Assembly (NCBI GenBank): GCA_001179505.1
Contig: CDMY01000735.1
Location: 1-26,135 of the forward strand
Source: Vitrella brassicaformis CCMP3155
Taxonomy: Eukaryota; Protista; Chromerida
Direction of reading: 5' to 3'
Length of the DNA stretch: 26,135 bases
The position numbers were made by a program, and so were the translations under genes. The notes beneath the pieces are model-generated. The model was not told where the DNA came from and made no database searches. It saw only the letters and a program-made list of their open reading frames with translations. Positions 9,515 through 22,095 of the stretch are shown piece after piece. Each line of letters opens with the position of its first letter. The first letter of the stretch is position 1.

Positions 9515-10293
9515 CCGCTCTTTCCGTCGCTCTTGTCGTTTAGTCCGGCAAGGTTGCGTGCGCGGATGTTTGGGAGGGGTGATATTAGCGACTCAAAGCT
9601 CGGCAGAAACCAACAGGCCAACAGAAAAACAAGAAAACCTGTGTGTCTGTGGGTCCTTACTGGTGAATAACTGCTACGAAGACGTATGCGCCATCATCGA
9701 AGGTGAAGGTGAGTATGCTTCAAGTTTCATCGCGTTTGTGGTCAGAGACAGGCTCCTTGTGTTTGCAGGGCCTATCACATCATTGACAGAGGGAGACAGC
9801 AGGGTTGGTGGTATACTGCGTGAAGGCGCTGCGCGGCGGCCGTCGGGCTGCAGAACTTGAGGCGAGGAAGGCGTGGCTGACGGTCAGCAGACGTCAAGTA
9901 ACTATTCATCATCTACCTGCCTTGCTTGTGTCTCACAGCGCTACAAATCAGAGAACGCCTCGACGTGGCAGCAAGATGTGCTGGCCCTGCTGGGAGGCCA
10001 GCTTACGTAAGACCTGCAGCACAGTCACTGATACACATAGGCGCTCGTTCTCTTTGCAGAGAAGACGACACGCATTTTGCGTGGATACAGACGCTATACC
10101 ACGAAAAAGCCTTCCGACCTGGAGCAGGTAGGCCGAGAGAGGAGAGCACCTTGCGGCTTATGTATGTGTACCTATCGCTCAGATGGAAAGGAAGCTCTCC
10201 TCAGTGGCCGAAGCCCGCGAGACCTGGGCGCGCCCCGCTTTTTTCCTAAGTAAATCTGACATAAGTCGTCTTCCTCTTTCGTCAGCGATTGCC

Positions 10294-10773
10294 CGGGACC
10301 ATTATTGGAAGACACGGCTCTGGGCGGGGCTTCCAGCGCAACCGCCGCTACATCGACACCGCAGGTGCCAGGCGTATCTACTTCTGAAAATACTCAATCA
10401 CCACAAGGAGATAAAAGTACTTCATCTTCATTCATCTTTGTGCTCCGTTCCTCTCAAATCACCTTGTCATTCGGTGGTGATATGCTCAGTGTGAGTGGGT
10501 GGTGCCGCTGACGCTAAAAGGCCTGCTGTGCCTGCCCGGACACACCAGGGAAAGGGCCCGATTTCTGCTCGATAAGCTACAAAGGTGTCACACCTAAGCG
10601 GCCTCCAGGATTTGCAACCAAGCAGTTTTGACGTATGTGTGCAGGGGCGTCAATGAGATCAAAGCAGATGATGTCAGAGAGGACCTTCGCGAGTGGCTGA
10701 AGCAAGGTGAGGACATCACGTATGTCTCTGTCTGCTTCTGTTCTCTCCGTACATGTGTGTCGCATGTGTGCAG
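10294..10773 (+). repeat. Diverged local duplication, copy 1 (copy 2 at ~11636-11963)
   Basis: Shared blocks in the same order: CGGGACCA.TATTGGAAGACACGGCTCT, TACATCGACACCGCAGGTGCCAGGC, TGCTGTGCCTGCCCGGA, CCAGGATTTGCAACCA, CGTATGTGTGCAGG. Confidence 0.9.
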
Positions 10774-11527
10774 AGTGGCGATCGATAGGGAAAGGTCCGA
10801 TGGCGCTTCCGACGCCTGACGCCTCACGATACCTGCGACTCAGTGCCGGTGCAGTCATCGACCTCGCCATCGGCCCGCTTGACTTCCTTCGCTATCCAGG
10901 CGCTCCCATCTATCTTTACTACGCGCTGGCACTTCCACCACCTCGGCGACAAGCTGAACCGCACCCTCAAGTACCCTCAAGGCGCTGCAGTCGCCAGGGA
11001 TGGGGGAGAAGCCAGGGTCAACTGGCTTTTTATGGAGACCGATGACAGGCGATGGCAGGCGATGGCTGCACTCAAGGCAACAACGACAAGAACACGAGGC
11101 CATGGGAGCGAAACTGCATGCGTGGGCGATGAGGAAGGGTATAGAGACTCTTCGTATGACGGTTTTCTGTCTGTCTCTAGTATCGCAGTGACCTCTCTCG
11201 TGTGTGCGTGTATGTGTGCGTGTGCAGAGGCCAGCCAGCCAGCTGCAGCAGCGCCGCAGCAGCCCCTCCATCGGCAGCGGCGGCAGCTCCAGACGGAGCC
11301 AGCAGGGGGAAGAGGGGCCGGTCCACGCGGAAGAAGGGCCAGTCGCCTTCCCCCAAAAAAACGGAGGGAGCGGTCGCCCTCCGCGCAGCCTGCGCGCGAA
11401 CCGCCTGGCGTCCGAACAAGGCGACATTCTATTCGAAGAACGCAGGTCAGCAAGCATTGACACTGGTCAGGGGCTTCTCTCTCTCTCTCTCTCTATCTGT
11501 GTGTGTGTGTGTGTGGATCTTGGTACG

Positions 11528-11580
<53 letters not shown>

Positions 11581-11635
11581 CAGCGGCGGTGCGGCAGCGG
11601 GCGCACTGGCAGGGGATAGGGAAGTGTTGAGTGGT

Positions 11636-11963
11636 CGGGACCAATATTGGAAGACACGGCTCTAGGCGGGGCTTCCAGTGCAACCGCCACTACATCGACA
11701 CCGCAGGTGCCAGGCTTATCTACTGCTGAAAGGCTTGCTGTGCCTGCCCGGATACACCAAGATAAGGCGCAAAGGTATCACACTTAATCGGCCCCCAGGA
11801 TTTGCAACCATGCAGTTTTAGCGTATGTGTGCAGGAGCTTGAAGAGGATCGCATCACATGATATCTCATCAGAGAGTGCGCTGAACCAGCGTAAGAACAT
11901 TACGTATCATCTCTGTCTTGTTCTGTCGTCTCACACATGATTGTGGGTCGGCATGTGTGTATG
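11636..11963 (+). repeat. Diverged local duplication, copy 2 (internally deleted relative to copy 1)
   Basis: Same blocks as 10294-10773 but lacking ~130 bp and a shorter second segment. Confidence 0.9.
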
Positions 11964-12473
11964 TCTCGTCCGCACAGGCTCGTCTGCGGCCGACGCTGCC
12001 CCAATTAACAACCCCAAGAAGCGCACGACGGGTCTGACCAGATGGCTGGCGCGGGTGCAGGACGCAGCAGCACCCCAGCAGCAGCAGAAGCCCATGCACC
12101 TGCTGGACAGCCACAGGCCGCCAAGAAGCGCCGTGTCATCTCCTGGGCGGCCTCTGCCACCACGTACAACACCAAGAGGCCGGCCAGGAGCACATGCTAT
12201 TGCTGCCTACATTCTATATCCGTCGGTACGTGCCCCTCCTTGTCTCTCGAGACACAATGTGCTCATAAATCATCGATGGCGAACTCCGGATGTGTAAGTT
12301 CTGACGGAACATCCTTCTTCTTAATTCTGCGCATGTATGTACATTGATCCACAAACATCTACCTACACTACCTCCTCAACTTACGTTCAGTGTCGGGAAT
12401 GTGACACATTGATGCAAGCTGTTGCGATGATTCGCCGATGAATGTGTCTGATACATTTCGTTCTGAGCCGTTA

Positions 12474-12578
12474 CTTGCGTGTGTTGTGGTTGTGAAGGAC
12501 TCAGATACGAGTGACCGAGTGAATGTTCGTGGCAAATCGCGGCGGCGCGACTCAAACGCGTCAAATCTGTTATCTATG
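12474..12578 (+). repeat. ~100-bp direct repeat, left copy
   Basis: CTTGCGTGTGTTGTGGTTGTGAAGGA...GAGTGAATGTTC...GCGCGACTCAAACGCGTC.AATCTGTT.TCTATG is shared with 16438-16536. Confidence 0.9.
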
Positions 12579-12855
12579 CAGAGGGGAATGAGTGAATCGA
12601 CACACAAGGGGATGCCTGCAAAGAACACGATGCACCCCAGAGCCCTCTAGCCAGGATTCTCGCTGAGGAGCTCGCATTCAAATTGGAACAGAATTCTGGT
12701 CGATGAGATGAGAGGCTTGTGTGACGTCCACACTTCCTTTCATCACCATTGGTGAGACCAAAAGACCTCTCGGCCCATTCACTCAGTGAGCCGGTGCGCT
12801 AAGCCTTCCCATCAGCGAGGCCAACTGAGGGAGGCAGGCAGGCAGGCAGATGATC

Positions 12856-15379
12856 ATGACAGATGGAAACGACAGGCAACACATTCCCTTCCCTCCCTGC
12901 GCGGCTGTGCGGTGTGTGGGCTGTCAGATCTGACGGTGACGGGCTGAGTGAGAGGTTTTGGACGGGTGTGGCGGGCAGCAGTGAGTCGGGCCGCTTCTTG
13001 ATGGCTGGCGCGAAGGCTGACGGCAAAACTCACAGACTGGGCAGTGAGTCGGCAGACTGAGAGCACAGGCACACTGATGACTGCATCCCATCTCGCTGTG
13101 TGGCTGCTTCCTTGGTGCAGGTGGTTGACCGTGTTCGTTAGATGGACAGTAGCCACGACGCCCCGGCTCCCTCCAGAAGTGGGCGATGACGCGCACAATG
13201 AACACTCACGGCTGCCATGTGTGTGTGTGGTGGTGATGGTGTGTGTGGTGCAGGTGAACGGGGCGACTTGTCGGACGATAGCTTACGAGATGTCATAGAT
13301 CAGATCCAATCCGTGAGAGATGAAGGGAGGGAGGGAGGGAGGCACCAGACACACCATTTATTCACTGTGCTGCCTGCCTGCCTGTTTGTGTGCCTTCAGA
13401 TCGCATGTGAGATGGCCCCGCTGGCTCGGCGGGCGAGGGAGCTGATCCAACGCAACCAACACGACAACATACAGGCTGGCCGCCGGCTGTTCGGTCTTCT
13501 GGCGAATCTCGCCGACGCCCACTCGGCCCTCAGCAATGAGCTGACACAGACGCCCACTAACCACAGCAAACGCGTAAGGCTCCACTGACCAATGGATGGC
13601 ACACGCAAGCCCGTCACTCCTCTGTGTGTCTGTGTGTATGCGTTTATGTCAGCGAATGGATGTTGATGGCGAGGCGGGAAAGTGGGGGGCGGGCGGTGCT
13701 GTGGGACCGAACGAGACCGACAACAATGCACAGCAGGGCAGAGCGGTACGCACAAGTCCACACCCACACAGACACACAAACCCATTGATGTGTGTCGCTG
13801 GTCAGGTGCCTGCTGATGACGGCGGCGCCAAGAAGCGGAGATGCGTAGACATCGGCCCTGCTGCTGATGGTGGTGGGCATAGCGGAGGTACGCAAAGCAT
13901 CGGCTACTGTTGGTGGACTGCATATCGTCATGGCCCTCCTGTGCTGTGTGGTGCCTTCAGGTGGGCCGGTTGGTGCGGGTGGTGCTGGGGCAGAGTCACA
14001 GCAGCAGCAGGGGGGCGCCAGCTCACTGTCGGCGGATCTGACGGCCCCAAGATCTATCCAGCACACCCACCAGCAGCAGCAGCAGCACCCCGTGTGGTAC
14101 GTCCTCGCCCACCGCGGCAGCGATTTTCCGCTGCGGGATGTGCTGCAGCTGAGGAAGACCTGCAAATGGGCCAGAGGCCTCTTCGGAGCGCCTCAGCTGC
14201 GGCAGCTGCTCAGCCAATGGACAACAGACGATGAGCTCAGCGCAGAGGCGGGGCTGCGGCGGGCGGCCAACGGACAGCAGCTGCTGACCTTCGACGACCG
14301 GCAGATGGGCGAGGGTGACCTGCTGGCGGCGCTGTGTGTGGCGGAGGCGGGCGGCTGGAGTGAGATGAGCGAGGCGGTCGAGCTGGCGGGGCAGTGCGGC
14401 CGCTGCCAGCTGCCTGTGAGGCTCACTGCGGGCGATCTGCACCAATACCCAAACAAGACGGTAAGCCCACCGAGGGAGGGAGGGAGGGAGGGAGAGAGGA
14501 TGGCTCTCAATGGGTGTGTGGTGTGTTGATGTGTTGTGTGTGCAGGCGTATTTGGCCGCTCCCCGTATGTTGGCTCAGCTCAAGATGGTCGGCCCCCACA
14601 TCCACTTCGGCGACGGCGTGACCTTCCAGCTGTTCCAACACGGCGACACACTGCGGGCCGTCAAGGACGAGGACGGCTTCGAGATCGACATCGACCCGCC
14701 TCTCCCTCCCAACCACCCCTACCAGCAGCACCGACAGCCCCATGACCCGCCAGTCCGCAGCTGCATCACATATTGGCCGTCTACAGGCTGGGTGTCGCTG
14801 GGTGCTCGGGACTACTCGTCTGTGTCGTCGTTTGTCAAGAGCATCGTCCTCGGCCACTTCGAGGGCACTCACCAGATCAACAGCACTGGCCGCATCATCA
14901 ACAGGTGAGGCGGGGTATCACTCTGTGTGGGCATTGTCACGACACACGAGTGTACGTGTGTCTTCATTGGTCAAGCATGTCGACAACAACCGGCTGCACA
15001 CCATCGTGACACAGTCCCCCCACACACCAGTGGAGGGATGCACCACCCCTGACGGCGACACTTACGGTGGTCTCGTTCTGACCGACGCCCGCCACTCCTT
15101 CGTCGCGTGGATCGACATCAGGGAGCTCCGCTACAACAACAACGGTCAGTCCAGACGATACAACAAAAGAGGGAGGGAGGGTAAAAAGCATATACACACA
15201 CAGCACTCACTCTCATTTGCTGTGCTCCCCTGTCACTCTTTGCAGTGCCTGTATCGGTCCACACCACCGAGTCGGCTGTGTCTGGTGTGGGTGCCTTCAA
15301 CGACCGCTTCCCAGTGACCACTCGGCTGGCGCGGGCGGTGCTGGGGGCCATCATCTCGGCCAGGATCTTCGATCAATAG
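12856..15379 (+). CDS. Hypothetical protein of a lineage-expanded chromerid (Vitrella-type) family, multi-exon
   Basis: Consistent GT-AG exon chain: IACEMAPLARRARELIQ..., GGAKKRRCVDIGP, PVWYVLAHRGSDFPLRDVLQLRKTCKWARGLFGAPQLRQ, GLRRAANGQQLLTFDDRQMGEGDLLAALCVAEAGGW, QYPNKT|AYLAAPRMLAQLKMVGPHIHFG, DYSSVSSFVKSIVLGHF, NDRFPVTTRLARAVLGAIISARIFDQ* (TAG 15377-15379). The 5' exons and start are uncertain. Family membership is from recall and needs BLAST. Confidence 0.75.
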
Positions 15380-16437
15380 ACAGCTGAGGTATGTCTGCAC
15401 CAAACACGACTGACACGAGCAGATGAAGCCCACACACACGACAAACACAATGGTGTCATTCTATTCGTGTGGTTGTTAGGCTGGGCGGCGGTGTTGACAT
15501 TAAAGCCATCAGCCCGACAGCTTCTCTTTTGTACAGTCGCTGGATGAACCCGCGGACGGTAGATAGAGGGGCGGGGACTCCCTCCCGTGGTGTGTGGTCT
15601 GCTGTGGTGCTGGCTGATGGATGGAAGGTCTGCCTCTTCCTAATGTCCGCGTGTCTGCTCACACCAGAGTGTCTCTTCGTCTGGCTCGCTCGTACCTTTC
15701 TGCCTGTCTTGCTGCTGTCCTCCCCTCTGTCTCATTGCCGTCACTCATGTGCAGTGGCCGACCAGAACGGCGATGCGTGGGTGGATTGGCGATATGTCGG
15801 TCAGAGAGAAAGAAGAGACAGCAACAGAGGTGCGTGGGGCGAGCGCAAGGCGCACACACGGGTGCCAGATTAAAGTGTCAGGGCGGTGGCTGCCAATCTT
15901 CTCGGCGAGCATTAGCACAGACAGACAGACAGACAGACAGGTGGAATGATGAATGTGTTTGCTTGCGGTGAATGAGAGAGACGGTGTGCGCATCGTTGGG
16001 CGTGTTGCATTCTCTGTATGGACGGAAACATGGGATGTGTGTGTTCGTATTGCTGATCATAATGGCTGGCTGTTGTTGTGGGCGCAATTCATGCAATGCG
16101 GCTTACTCACAAACACTCCAGACAGACAGACACTCATTCACGCAGAGAGTCGACTTTGTCTTCTGCTTGTTTTCTCTCCGTGAATGACTCACCAGAGCCA
16201 CGCCAAACGACTCTGAAACGACGAAAAACCATCCATTCACTCACTCAGGCTGCGAGGCTCTTGAATGTCTCCTGAGTGTCTGATTAACCGTTGGTCTCCC
16301 AGCCGCTGTAAGCTTCATGCTCACAAAAGTAGCTGCCTGCCTGCCTGCACTCACGCCGGATCGAATGTATCACTTCGTCATGCCTAAGATGAAGAAGACG
16401 GCCCCGAGCACCAGCAGACCTCCAAACACACAATGCT

Positions 16438-16536
16438 CTTGCGTGTGTTGTGGTTGTGAAGGATTATCTCAGGTGGATTGACTGAGTGAATGTTCATTGG
16501 ATGCGCGACTCAAACGCGTCGAATCTGTTGTCTATG
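16438..16536 (+). repeat. ~100-bp direct repeat, right copy (just downstream of the importin stop)
   Basis: See 12474-12578. Confidence 0.9.
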
Positions 16537-16591
16537 GCAGGCAGCTGCACACTACCCTTACCCCTCCACCCCTGCCTTATACTACCTATGC

Positions 16592-19500
16592 CTACATGGT
16601 CGTCAATTTGTTGGCAATGCCCCTCACACGCGCCATGGCCTCTGGCAGGTCGTCCTTGGCCGCCAGCAGGGAGCTGTGGTCCTTGTCGCTCAGATACTCC
16701 AGCAGCCGACACACCTGCACCAAACACACACCCACGCACCCATGGACACACACATCCCTCTCTCTGTCTCTCTGCGCACCTCTTTGCGTGTGTGTGCGTC
16801 GGTCGTCACGTCGATGATGCCGCTGCCCTCCCCGCCGCTGCCATCGACAGCCCGCTCCACCATGCTGAGCACCGCCCCATGGGCGATCCGTGCGTCGTCG
16901 TCGTCATCCGTCAGCGGCAGCCACTCGGCCACCAGCCGCGCCATGGCAGGCCGCACTGTGTCGACGGTCAGCTGCTGCGTGAAGGCCACATACAGCTTGA
17001 TCAGGGCGCAACACGCGCAGTCCGCCGCCTGTATGCCGTCAACACACACACGGAGGGCTGGTGTGGGGGTGTGACTCGGGCGTACCAGTCGTCTCTCGGG
17101 TGTCTTGCTGTGAGGGTGGGCCAGGATTGCCTCCAGCTGAGAGAGAGAGAGAGAGAGAGTGGCGTGATGTCCCTTTCTGTGTGTGTCACTCTGGACGCTT
17201 TACCTACCTTCTGGATGGCTTCGGGCAGCCGCGGCTGCAGCACCTGGGGAGCCCGATTGCCCAACACACCTGCAAGCACACAGACACACAAAAGACACAG
17301 ATACCTCTTCTCGGCATATTGCTCTCCTGGCTGTCATACGCACCGATGGCAAACGCACTGGCCTGCACACGCAGGACGTCCTCGTCATACGGCTCGTCAT
17401 CCGCTGCTCTCTGGGCGTCGGTGATGGCGTCACACACGACGGTGCCCATCACCACACCCATGAAGTCGGCCGCATACTGCTGTGTGTCCGGGCCGCCCAG
17501 GTCAATGGCGTCCGCAAAGATGCAGATGGCAGCCACCTAAACACCACACACACACACACACATAGATACCACACACGGGTCGCACGAGTCGGGAGCGGGG
17601 GTGACCTGTGCGAGGCTGTTGGTCTCGTTGTGGGGGTCGGCCGGGAGGATGGGCGAGGTGAGGAATGGCGAGTAGACAGGCTGCAGGTGGGCGTGGAACA
17701 GAGGGGCCACTGAGGGACCGAACACCTGATGACACATGACACAGGACACTTACACATTCGTCTCTCTGTCTGTCTGTCTGTCTGTGTGTGTGGTTGTCTG
17801 TCTGTGTGTCACTGACGGACTTTGAATGTGGCGCCCGAGATCTGCATGACGGTGTTGATGATATCCCGCTCGGGCTCCTCCTCTTCATCTTCGTCGACGT
17901 CCTGCATCCATCACACACACATACACATGTGGATGCATCAAGCGGCCGATCTCCACCCATCCACACTGGCGCTTACCTCCCACTCGTCACTGCCAGTGCC
18001 GTGTGAGGCCTTCTTGCTGCTTCCGCCCTCACTGCTGCGCAACCGAGCCAGCACCCTGCACACACACACACACACACAGAGGAGAGAGAGATTCAGAAGG
18101 AGTCAGGCACAGACACCTACCCACAGACACACAGACGTCGTACCTCTGCATAAGCTGCGCCAACGCGCCATACAGCTGCTCGACAAACGCCCTCAACTCG
18201 GGCGCGTCAAGCACACCACCACCATTCACACCCGTTGTCCTCCGCACCCGGCGTTGCAGCCGATGCAGCTGCCCCATGCAGCCGTTGACACTCTTGCAGA
18301 CGTACTCGGACACCTGCACACAAAGCACACCCAACACACACGTCTGGTGTGTATGTGTTGGGTGTGGTCTGGTTTGGGGTGAGGGAGGGGAGGGGTGCAT
18401 ACTTGTTGGAGAGGGAGGTTGACGATAGCCTTGATGGTCGCTGCGCCGGTGAGGGCTGGCCAGAGGGTGAGGAACGACGATGGCTCGTCCAGCAGGGTGC
18501 TCAGAAAGGCCGGCACACACTGTAGACACACACACACACACACGCACAGATGAGTGTCTGTGCAGCTCTCCCTCTGTTTGTGTGTGCGTGTGTGTGTGCA
18601 GACCTCATAGGCAGCTGCTCGCACTTGTGAGAATTCGCTCTCCAGGTCGCCAGCTACAGTTTGGGCGAGCTCCTTAGCCACGCCGCTGACCTGCACACAC
18701 AGACACGCCCACAGCCAACACCCGTGTGTGTTGGATGGAGGGAGGGAGGGGACGGGGAGAGGGTTGCCTTGGTTTCCATGGCTTCGGCGATGGTCTTGAT
18801 GAGTGCCAAGGCGGTCTGCTTCTCCTCTACCTCAGTCTTGACACACACACGACAGACACCCATGTGTGAGTGTGTGTGAATGGCCTTCTCGCCCTCCCGT
18901 CTGCTTATCTCATGACATGACATACGGTGCTAAAGGAGACGGTTTGGAAGACCCCGCCCTCTCCCGGAATGCGCAGCTGCGTCCGGCCCTGGCTCTCAGT
19001 CACCTCCACACCCAACCGCCCACCACCGTCACCACCTGAGGTGTCTTCGTCCGCCTCACCTATCAACATCTGCACACACAGACAGACACACACACACATG
19101 GATGGATGGATGGATGGATCTCTCTCTCTGTGTGGTGGCTGTGGCTGGGGAGGGGGGGATGGGCGTGTGGTGGTTGGTTGCCTTTGGCTGCATCTTTGCG
19201 GCGGCCATGATGGAGGGCATGATTGCGGGGAGGTAGGGCTCGAAGGCCTCGCCCAAAGACTCGGCAATGTTGCCAAACGCCTGATGGATGAGGATGACCC
19301 ATTCAACGATGCCCCAAGGTGCGTCTGTGTGTGTGTTTGTGTGTTTGTGTGAGTGTGTGTGTACCAACAGCACAGAGGGTCCGAAGTTGTGTGTCCGATT
19401 GGGGTCGTTTGCCGTGTGCAGACTGTACAAGGCCTCCATCAACACGGGGGCGTCCTGCACACACACACACACAAACCAACCACACACACGCGCGTCTGGC

Positions 19501-19662
19501 TGTGTGTGTGTGGGTGTGTGTCTGTGTGTATATACGCACCTGTGAGAATTGCTCCGGCCCTGCCGCTACGGCGAGGTGGCCCGCCAGCTCGATGGCCGTC
19601 TCGCATAGAATACGCTTCCCGTGCACACCCGACTGATGGATGGCACACACACACACGACACA

Positions 19663-19693
<31 letters not shown>

Positions 19694-22057
19694 GGAGAGA
19701 GAGAGAGAGTAGAAAAGAGGGCTCTTCACGCACTGACGCACGGACCTGGTTGAGTATCTGTTTGGCGGCCGTCATGAAGGAGGGGTAGTAGGGGGCGAAG
19801 TCATCCTCGACCAACTACACAAACACATACACACACTCACATAGACAGACAGAAGGTATACCAGGGACTGATTGCGGCTGGTACCATAAAACATGTACCT
19901 GCGCAATGGTTGCTGCGAGAGCCAGGCCGGCCTCCTTCAACACACACACGACACACACACACACACACAAATGTTGTGTGTGGCCGTCTGTCTATCGGCC
20001 CTGTGTGCGCGACTGCCCACCTGCACTTGCACAGTGCCCTTCGCGAGGATGGGGATCAGCGCTATATCGCACACACACACACACACGCACATACACACAC
20101 ACACAGGGGGGGGCTCGATCCATCCATATGTGTGTGTGTGTGTATACGTGTATGTGGCTACCTTGGTTGACGATTGCGTCCAGGTGCGGCACCACATTGG
20201 GCGCATCGTCGTCCTCATCCAGACCGATCAACATCATCGACAGCCCGGTGAGCGCGCGGCACTGATGCCATGACACATCCACACACACGCACACACACGG
20301 GGATTTGTGTGTGGGGTGGGTGAGTGTGGCCACCGTGCCGACCTTGCAGCGGTCCTCAGGGTCTTCCTGCGCCTGTGTCAGCAGCGTCTTGAGCAGCAAC
20401 TCTAACCGAGCTCGCTATAACGAATCAAGACCGACACAACACACAACACACACAACACGCACATCGACCGCCTCTTGGTGCGTGCGCTGTGCCCATCTGT
20501 GTGTGTTGATGTGAGTGAGAAGGAGAGAAGGACCTGGTAGCTGGGACCATAGTTCTCGATCTCTGTCCCCAGCAGCCCCAGAGCGGCCCACCTCACTCGG
20601 CAGTGGGGGTGCCGCAGCATCGCATACACATACTGATCCACCTGCACCCAGCAGCCGACACGAGCGCGCCATGCTGACATGAGTGCATCTGGTGTTTGTT
20701 TCTGTGTGTGCCGACCGTCTTGAGATGTGGCTTGATGACCTTGCTCCCCGCCTGGCTGTTGACCACACAGTCGAGCGCCTGCATGGCGGCATACGGCGGC
20801 TCCCAGGGATGTGTGGCGAGCCCTTGACCGCTGGGACAGCTCCGGAGGATCTCACTGGCCGTCTTGAGGACACACTCTGACACCAATGTCGCACCTGAAT
20901 GGGCCGAAACACACACACGTGGGCATGTGTGTGTGTGTGTGTGTGTGGTGTGAGGTGTGTGAGGTGTGTTGACCAGGCCCGGTGAGTGTTCTGGTGAGTG
21001 CGTCGGCGGCCACACTGCCGATGGAGTCGTAGGGCTCTGTTTCATCCTCCTACACACACACACACACACACACAGGCTGGTGCAGTGACCCACCATGCGA
21101 CAACACACCGACCCGTCTGAGTGCCCATGGCTCGTGCTCGCCGCCATGCTCGTCATCAGCCGTCACTTCCCCACACAAGGCGAGAAGACAGCTCACTGCC
21201 GACGACACCACAGCACCGTTCTGATGACATTAGACCACACACACACACGAACACGAGCACAGATGTCTTGGGGGCGTTCGTTGTGCACAGCCGGACGGAC
21301 CTTTTTGATCCACTTGGATGAGGCCTGGCTGAGCAGCGCCACCATGATTTCCATCGCACCGCTGCGCACATCTGACACACACACACACACACACACAGGG
21401 GGGCTCCATCCATCCATATGTGTGCCCTTTGAAGACCATTACACACATAGCTACCGTGTGTGTGCTGCTTGTTGGGGAGTATCTGCAGCAGCGCCTTGAC
21501 GGCCTCATCCGCACTCGCACCGAAGAACATGCTGTCGCTCTCACACATGTCAGCTGACACATGTAGTCAACACAGAGAGAGAGAGTGGGCAATGGGAGGG
21601 AGATCCCCATCCCCCACTCACTCACCGATGAGCTGCATCATCATCGGCGCGTCAGGGTGTGACAATTGCTGCAGTGTGGACGCCAGCAGCGGCTGGCTCA
21701 GGGACCGCAGGGCACTCTCAGTGGCAAAACGGTCCTGCTGCGAGTGCTTCTCGGCATCAAGCCTGACAGCATACCCACACACACACACACACCACACACA
21801 CAGACTGGTGGATGGAAGCAGCCGTGCGCTCGCCCGACCAGACCACTTTCTTCCTCACCCCATGTGCAGCATTCGTGTGCAGGACGCGATTGCGTGAAAT
21901 GCGGCGAGGCGGACCTTGCCGTGTTGAGCGTCGCCGTCCTGCAGCGCGCGCTGGAAGGTCGCGGCCAGGCCGGCGTGGTGCGGGAGCAGCGCAGAGAAAC
22001 CTGAAGGGTATAGATATCGATGCACGGGCACACAGTGCACCAATGTAGCCCATCCAG

Positions 22058-22095
<38 letters not shown>

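Larger units (their letters stand above)
7960..11200 (+). other. Putative multi-exon hypothetical gene(s) or pseudogene; structure not fully resolved
   Basis: A chain of GT-AG-bounded segments gives protein-like text, e.g. TLLACMELCR|GEFKQAWTVVMNSDQFWLRRC, GLDGMDEAAVKLAQKYAEK, AQKGWLAAVGRVLLK, LIAALPALMADFWSFLG, KALLRLLRTYVELYI, NNVDERDEAVTILQRSHLK, RYKSENASTWQQDVLALLGGQL, EDDTHFAWIQTLYHEKAFRPGA, LLEDTALGGASSATAATSTPQVPG. Some joins need odd splice sites or frameshifts. No family recognised. Confidence 0.35.

Noticed and set aside
7500-12400. Autonomous transposon (hAT/MULE/LTR/LINE) in the microsatellite-poor island
   Set aside because: No DDE, RT, integrase or tyrosine-recombinase motifs and no terminal inverted repeats recognised in any frame.
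15450-16260. Additional gene between the family gene and the importin 3' end
   Set aside because: A few AG/GT-bounded segments exist but give no consistent frame, start or recognisable motif.
16494-16545. Peptide LPAIDNRFDAFESRIQ as the importin C-terminus (also seen at ~12540-12580)
   Set aside because: Phase of the preceding exon puts the last exon in the VCRLLEYL...KLTTM* frame; the shared peptide just reflects the ~100-bp DNA repeat.
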